A stretch of 64,000 bases of DNA. Source: Candidatus Gottesmanbacteria bacterium. Its GTDB lineage: Bacteria > Patescibacteriota > Microgenomatia > UBA10105 > UBA927. Location: NCBI GenBank assembly GCA_016218255.1, contig JACREN010000044.1, forward strand, positions 2,489 to 66,488. Direction: 5' to 3'. The first letter of the stretch is position 1, and every line of letters begins with the position of its first letter. Below are positions 59,298 to 64,000 of this stretch, in pieces. Below the pieces are notes generated by a model that saw only the letters and a list, made by a program, of their open reading frames with translations, was not told the DNA's origin and searched no databases. A program made the translations under genes and the position numbers.

Positions 59298-60915
59298 GAA
59301 ATCATTTAAACATTATCTTCTCATACTTGCAATTTCTGTTCTTCCGGTCGCAACCGTATTTTTTACTCCTGACCTACCACATACCCATGATGGACCTGTA
59401 CATTTAGCACGAATGGCAGCGTATTACAAGGCACTTACTGCCGGACAAATTTTTCCTCGCTGGGCAAGCGACCTCAATTACGGCTATGGCATGCCGCTGT
59501 TTAATTTTATCTATCAATTGCCGTACCTGATAGCGTCAGTGTTTCTTTTTCTGAACACCAGCCTTGTGTTGTCTTTTAAATACACACTGGCACTGAGTTA
59601 TTTACTTTCCGGTATATTTATGTTTGCTTTTGCCAAAGCGTTCTGGAAAGATGATAAAAAGGCGCTATTGGTCGCACTTTTTTATCAATTCGCGCCGTTC
59701 CGGTTGGTTGAACTTTTTGTACGCGGAAGCTTTGGAGAGATTTATACATACGCACTGCTTCCGCTTGTCCTCTTGGGCCTCACACAAATCCGAGCATATT
59801 TTATCCTCACAAGTGTGGCTTCAGCGCTTCTTATCATCTCGCATAATTCCATGAGTTTGATTTTTTTCGGCGTTTGCGTACTTTTTGTGTTCTTTTTTGC
59901 AAAAACTGCCAAACTACGAGCGCTTTCCTTTATTGCCTTAATCTGCGGCCTTCTTCTTTCTGCCTGGTATTGGCTTCCTGCGATCATGGAACACCGATAC
60001 ACGTACGGCGATCTTTTCATGAAGGATATGTACCGGGACCATTTCGCTCCAATTTGGCAATTTATATTACCCAATTTCATAAATAGCCCGTTACTCCAAA
60101 CCGGCGGTGTAAGCGTTCAATGGGGCATCTTCCACATCGGTGCCGTGTTCCTTTCGCTCGTATTCATTGTTCGAAATAAGCTGTCCGCCTCGGAAAAAAC
60201 TGTAGCGATTTTTTCTCTTATACTTACCACTGGGTCGCTGTTTTTTATGCTATACCCGTCGATATATTTCTGGAAAACTATTCCAATCCTTCGCCAATTT
60301 CAATTTCCCTGGAGGCTTGTCGGACTTGCAGGCTTTACCACGTCATTACTTTCCGTTTATTACCTATCACTCCCAATTTTCCATAAAACGAAGGCCTTCA
60401 CACTGCTACTCACCCTTGTTGTACTATCGACTTCATATTATTGGCTGCCTCCATTAGGTTTTGATCAAGTACGGGATGAGTCTCAATATTGGAATTATCC
60501 CCTGAACACCACATATTTCGGCGAAACAGACGTCATCTGGTCAGCAGGTCCCGCAAAGGCATACCCAAAAGAGCGTGTTGAGGTAGCAGAGGGAAAAGCA
60601 GTTATCTCCGCTTTTACCCAAAAATCTATCGTCCAAACACTCCAAGTCAACGCAACAACCAATGCGACTCTCGTATCACATACTCAATATTTTCCGGGGT
60701 GGCGGGTATTTGTAGATAACAACAAGGTACCCATTCAATTTCAAAACGCCAATTGGAGAGGCCTCATCACCTTCCCCGTTCCGACGGGCCAGCACACCAT
60801 ACACATAAAACTCGGAAAAACCAAAGTACAATTTATTTCGGAAATTCTCTCGCTGTCAACGCTCATACTCATGACGGGAGTTGTATTATGGAGAAGGGTA
60901 GGACGCACGACATGA
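59290..60915 (+). CDS. Polytopic membrane protein of the 'HDG' family, paralog (plus strand)
   Basis: 541 aa with 'PHTHDGPVHLARMAAY...RWASDLNYGYGMPLFNFIYQLPYLI'. The ORF track start is a TTG; the ATG is at 59296. Confidence 0.5.
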   Translation: MLMKSFKHYLLILAISVLPVATVFFTPDLPHTHDGPVHLARMAAYYKALTAGQIFPRWASDLNYGYGMPLFNFIYQLPYLIASVFLFLNTSLVLSFKYTLALSYLLSGIFMFAFAKAFWKDDKKALLVALFYQFAPFRLVELFVRGSFGEIYTYALLPLVLLGLTQIRAYFILTSVASALLIISHNSMSLIFFGVCVLFVFFFAKTAKLRALSFIALICGLLLSAWYWLPAIMEHRYTYGDLFMKDMYRDHFAPIWQFILPNFINSPLLQTGGVSVQWGIFHIGAVFLSLVFIVRNKLSASEKTVAIFSLILTTGSLFFMLYPSIYFWKTIPILRQFQFPWRLVGLAGFTTSLLSVYYLSLPIFHKTKAFTLLLTLVVLSTSYYWLPPLGFDQVRDESQYWNYPLNTTYFGETDVIWSAGPAKAYPKERVEVAEGKAVISAFTQKSIVQTLQVNATTNATLVSHTQYFPGWRVFVDNNKVPIQFQNANWRGLITFPVPTGQHTIHIKLGKTKVQFISEILSLSTLILMTGVVLWRRVGRTT

Positions 60916-63230
60916 AACGCTTTTTCCCATTGTTTGTGTTGCTAGCGATTGTAGCAATCTTTTTTTATAAAACGTTTCTTTATGGTCTCATACCGTTCCC
61001 CGGTGATTTATTGCTTGCGGAATATAAACCGTGGCAATCCTATTCTTTTGCCGGATACGTTCCAGGCTCTATTCCAAACAAAGCACAGTACCCCGACACA
61101 ATCCGGCAATTATATCCATGGCGGACGCTCGCAACAAATGAACTAAGGTCCGGAAGAATGCCCCTGTGGAATCCATATAATTTCTCCGGTACCCCGCTTT
61201 TGGCAAATTTTCAATCCGCAGCATTTTATCCGCCCAACATTCTCTATGTTGTATTTCCCCAAACTGTGGCCTGGAGCATGCTAGTTATCCTGCAACCCTT
61301 ACTCTCTCTCCTGTTCACGTATTGGTATATTAGAAAAATTGACGCTTCGCTACTGGCCGCAATACTTGCAGGCATTTCCTATGCATTTTCTCTATTTGCC
61401 ATTGTATGGCTACAATATAATTCCATCGGGCATGTCATGATTTGGTTACCGCTCATGCTTCTTGCTATCGAATCGCTCAAGCGTCAGCGCACACGATCCT
61501 GGTTTGCACTACTTGTAGCCGCTGAAGCAAGTGCGCTTCTTGCCGGCCATCCACAACTTGGAGGCTATCTGCTTTTATTCGTTCTTGCATATACTTTTTT
61601 TCTGGCGAGGCCATTGATCAAAAACGTTACACTGTCTATGCTGTTTGCATTGGGAATCGCTGCTATCCAACTCATACCCGGTATGGAGCTCGTCTGGTAC
61701 GCCGCCAGAAGTTCACATGAATTTTCCCTTATCTTTCAGAAAATACTTATCCAACCGCAGCAACTATTCATGACAATTATCCCAAATCTTTTTGGCCACC
61801 CTGCAACACGCACCTATTGGCCGCAAGACACTTTTATCGGCAAAGTCACCTATGTCGGTCTCGTCCCGCTCTTTTTCCTTTTGGCAGCATTCCGGATTAA
61901 ATCGCGACACATAAAATTTTTCGGGATCTCTAGTCTCATTGTTCTGGTTCTAGTAACTGCCAATCCGATCACCTTTATCCTCTACAAATTTAATCTCCCA
62001 CTATTTTCCTCAAGCAGTCCGACGCTTATGGAATTTCTGCTTGCTTTTTCACTTGCCGTCATAACGTCTTTAGGCTTAGATGGGTGGATACAAGAAAAAC
62101 ACTCCATCGGCAAACTCGCCCATCGGTCCCTGAGCGTCATTATTTTCTTCATCATCATATGGTTAGGCTTCCGGTCTATTGAACACTCCCGCACTGCCAT
62201 GAATGCAATTCTTTATTCAGGCGTACTGGCAACAATTATACTCTCCGGATTTTTCATAGCAATAACGCGTAAAAAATTTATGATTCCTGTCGTACTACTT
62301 CTTATAGCACTGCATACAACGGATCTCTTTATCCAATTTCAAAAATTCAATCCTTTTGTTCCTGCGTCTTTTGTTTTCCCCCAAACCTCAATAATCCAGT
62401 ATCTTAAAGAGCATGCAGGTAACAATCGTTTTTGGGGTTATGGCACCGCAAGTATCCAGACAAATATAGCAACCCAATATCAGATCTATTCAACCGATGG
62501 ATACGACCCACTCTATCCAAAATGGTATGGTGAACTTCTCAATGCTTCAAAAAACGGCCAAATACTCAAAAAATTTACGAACGATACAAGGTCTGATGCA
62601 ATTTTAGCGCAGGGCTTTGGAGAATTTGACCTGCCAAATAATCAATACCGCTTACGCATGCTTGACGCACTTAGTGTGAAATATATACTCGACAGACCCG
62701 AGAATGGCAGCACTCAAAATACACTGCCGCAAGATCGTTTTCAGCCTGTTGCAGATATTGATGGATGGAAAGTATATGAAAATCTTAAAGCCGCTCCACG
62801 CGCATTTTTGGTTTCCGACTTTGCTACGTACGCCTCACCCAAAGAATTCGAAGACCATTTTTTCTCTAAAGAATTTAACCCTTCAACGGCTATCTTGTTA
62901 GAAAAACCGATCAATGAACGTCTTGGACAAATCAACGGCACATCCGTACAAATCAAAAAATATCAACCAAATGAAGTATCACTCGATCTTGTTTCCAACG
63001 GAAATCTGCTCTATCTTTCCGATACCTATTATCCTGGATGGAAAGCATTCATAGATGAAGCAAATACACCCATCCTGAAAGCAAACTATGCCTTCAGGGC
63101 AATATACGTACCCCGGGGCGCACACACAGTTCGCTTTATATTTGATCCACTATCTTTCAAAATTGGGCTCGTCGTCAGCGTGATAAGTTTGGCTGCTTCA
63201 ATTATATTCCTAAAGAAATATGAAGCATAA
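60912..63230 (+). CDS. YfhO-like GT-C-type large membrane protein
   Basis: 'GDLLLAEYKPW...LWNPYNFSGTPLLANFQSAAFYPPNIL' resembles the YfhO-family N-terminal region. It has many TM helices and a C-terminal soluble domain. The ORF track start is at 60753. The ATG at 60912 ('MKRFFPLFVLL') gives an ATGA overlap with the preceding gene. Confidence 0.5.
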   Translation: MKRFFPLFVLLAIVAIFFYKTFLYGLIPFPGDLLLAEYKPWQSYSFAGYVPGSIPNKAQYPDTIRQLYPWRTLATNELRSGRMPLWNPYNFSGTPLLANFQSAAFYPPNILYVVFPQTVAWSMLVILQPLLSLLFTYWYIRKIDASLLAAILAGISYAFSLFAIVWLQYNSIGHVMIWLPLMLLAIESLKRQRTRSWFALLVAAEASALLAGHPQLGGYLLLFVLAYTFFLARPLIKNVTLSMLFALGIAAIQLIPGMELVWYAARSSHEFSLIFQKILIQPQQLFMTIIPNLFGHPATRTYWPQDTFIGKVTYVGLVPLFFLLAAFRIKSRHIKFFGISSLIVLVLVTANPITFILYKFNLPLFSSSSPTLMEFLLAFSLAVITSLGLDGWIQEKHSIGKLAHRSLSVIIFFIIIWLGFRSIEHSRTAMNAILYSGVLATIILSGFFIAITRKKFMIPVVLLLIALHTTDLFIQFQKFNPFVPASFVFPQTSIIQYLKEHAGNNRFWGYGTASIQTNIATQYQIYSTDGYDPLYPKWYGELLNASKNGQILKKFTNDTRSDAILAQGFGEFDLPNNQYRLRMLDALSVKYILDRPENGSTQNTLPQDRFQPVADIDGWKVYENLKAAPRAFLVSDFATYASPKEFEDHFFSKEFNPSTAILLEKPINERLGQINGTSVQIKKYQPNEVSLDLVSNGNLLYLSDTYYPGWKAFIDEANTPILKANYAFRAIYVPRGAHTVRFIFDPLSFKIGLVVSVISLAASIIFLKKYEA

Positions 63231-64000
63231 ACAAGTATTTCTTCTTGTACTGATCATTTTCCTGGCCGCTTTCCTTCGCCTCTTTCGAGTGAACGAAATC
63301 CCCCCAGGAGTCAATCGGGATGAAGCATCTATAGGATTTACTGCGTATTCTCTCATGCAAACCGGCAACGATGAATACGGAAAACCATTTCCGCTGTCTT
63401 TCCAGTCATTCGGGGACTGGAAACTACCTCTCTATATCTACACAACAATCCCGTTCGTCAAGCTATTCGGCCTAAATGAGCTTGCCGTGCGGTTGCCATC
63501 CGTTATTGCAGGAACGCTTACCGTGTTTCTGACATATTTTTTAGTAAAGGAGCTTTGTAAAGCTTACAACCGTTATATTGCGCTTCTAAGCGCACTTCTT
63601 CTCGCTATATCGCCTTGGCATATTCATCTTTCCCGAGTCGAATCAGAATCCAATGTTGCAGTTTTCCTCACGGTAAGCGCCTTACTTCTTTTCCTTAAGG
63701 GCCTAAAGAATACACCCGTACTCCTTGGGCTCAGTTTCCCAATCTTTGCTCTTACCTACTATACCTATCACGGCAACCATGTATTTACCACACTCCTTCT
63801 TATTAGTCTTTGTGCTATATACCACAAAGATATCCCTCGAAAGCTGCCTGTTTTTGTTGGCGCAATTTTGAGTGTCGTTCTTATAGTATTTATCCTGTCT
63901 CAAACTCTGCTTGGAGCTGACAAAACAAAAATTTCCGGCATAAGCATATTTGGGAGTCCAAATGTCATTCATGAAAATATTGAGCTCCCTCGCAACCGTT
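63220..64000 (+). CDS. ArnT/PMT-family GT-C glycosyltransferase (5' part; runs off the window)
   Basis: ATG at 63220. The product begins 'MKHKQVFLLVLIIFLAAFLRLFRVNEIPPGVNRDEASIGFTAYSLMQTGNDEYGKPFPL...AVRLPSVIAGTLTVFLTYF', collinear with the three paralogs at 50719..56554. It is not in the ORF track because it is open-ended. Confidence 0.65.
   Translation, partial: MKHKQVFLLVLIIFLAAFLRLFRVNEIPPGVNRDEASIGFTAYSLMQTGNDEYGKPFPLSFQSFGDWKLPLYIYTTIPFVKLFGLNELAVRLPSVIAGTLTVFLTYFLVKELCKAYNRYIALLSALLLAISPWHIHLSRVESESNVAVFLTVSALLLFLKGLKNTPVLLGLSFPIFALTYYTYHGNHVFTTLLLISLCAIYHKDIPRKLPVFVGAILSVVLIVFILSQTLLGADKTKISGISIFGSPNVIHENIELPRNR

Noticed and set aside
60753-60911. His-rich N-terminal extension 'MERPHHLPRSDGPAHHTHKTRK...' of the YfhO-like ORF
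   Set aside because: It overlaps the 3' end of the preceding gene in another frame. The internal ATG at 60912 gives the canonical ATGA junction and a typical 'MKRFF' plus TM N-terminus.
1-64000. CRISPR arrays, tRNA/rRNA genes, transposases/integrases or inverted-repeat mobile elements
   Set aside because: There is no non-coding stretch long enough. No regularly spaced direct repeats were seen. No protein has recombinase or transposase motifs. The paralogs are diverged gene duplicates, not IS copies.

Overview
This window is almost entirely a very compact glycan-biosynthesis and glycosylation mega-locus, most likely from a small-genome, uncultivated bacterium. The CPR/Patescibacteria affiliation is an inference from protein families and gene packing, not a search result.

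Nearly every gene is on the minus strand. Gene junctions are typically 4-nt ATGA-type overlaps, and most intergenic gaps are 15 bp or less.

Three layers of content are visible:
- **Nucleotide-sugar tailoring.** A CDP-hexose branch with rfbF, two UDP-GlcNAc 4,6-dehydratase modules, two epimerase_2-family UDP-GlcNAc 2-epimerase homologues, three DegT-family aminotransferases, an ArnA-like N-formyltransferase, an LbH N-acetyltransferase, an FdtA-like cupin, a NodU/CmcH O-carbamoyltransferase and two SAM methyltransferases.
- **Lipid-carrier loading and cytoplasmic transferases.** At least four DPM1/ArnC/GtrB-like polyprenol-phosphate sugar synthases (GT2), three GT4 and three other GT2 enzymes, and a Wzx-like flippase.
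- **GT-C-like membrane proteins.** About 21 large polytopic membrane proteins, totalling roughly 36 kb of coding sequence, fall into several paralogous GT-C-like families: ArnT/PMT-like, a 'HDG' family, a YfhO-like protein, GT87/DUF2029-like proteins and others.

No rRNA, tRNA, CRISPR array or mobile element was recognised.

The most interesting signals are:
- the scale and paralogy of the GT-C array, coupled to several distinct lipid-linked sugar donors;
- an Arn-pathway-like combination (aminotransferase, formyltransferase, ArnC-like GT2, many ArnT-like proteins);
- a carbamoyltransferase operon containing two tiny membrane-protein ORFs missed by the ORF track;
- extreme gene packing, with overlapping divergent and convergent gene ends.
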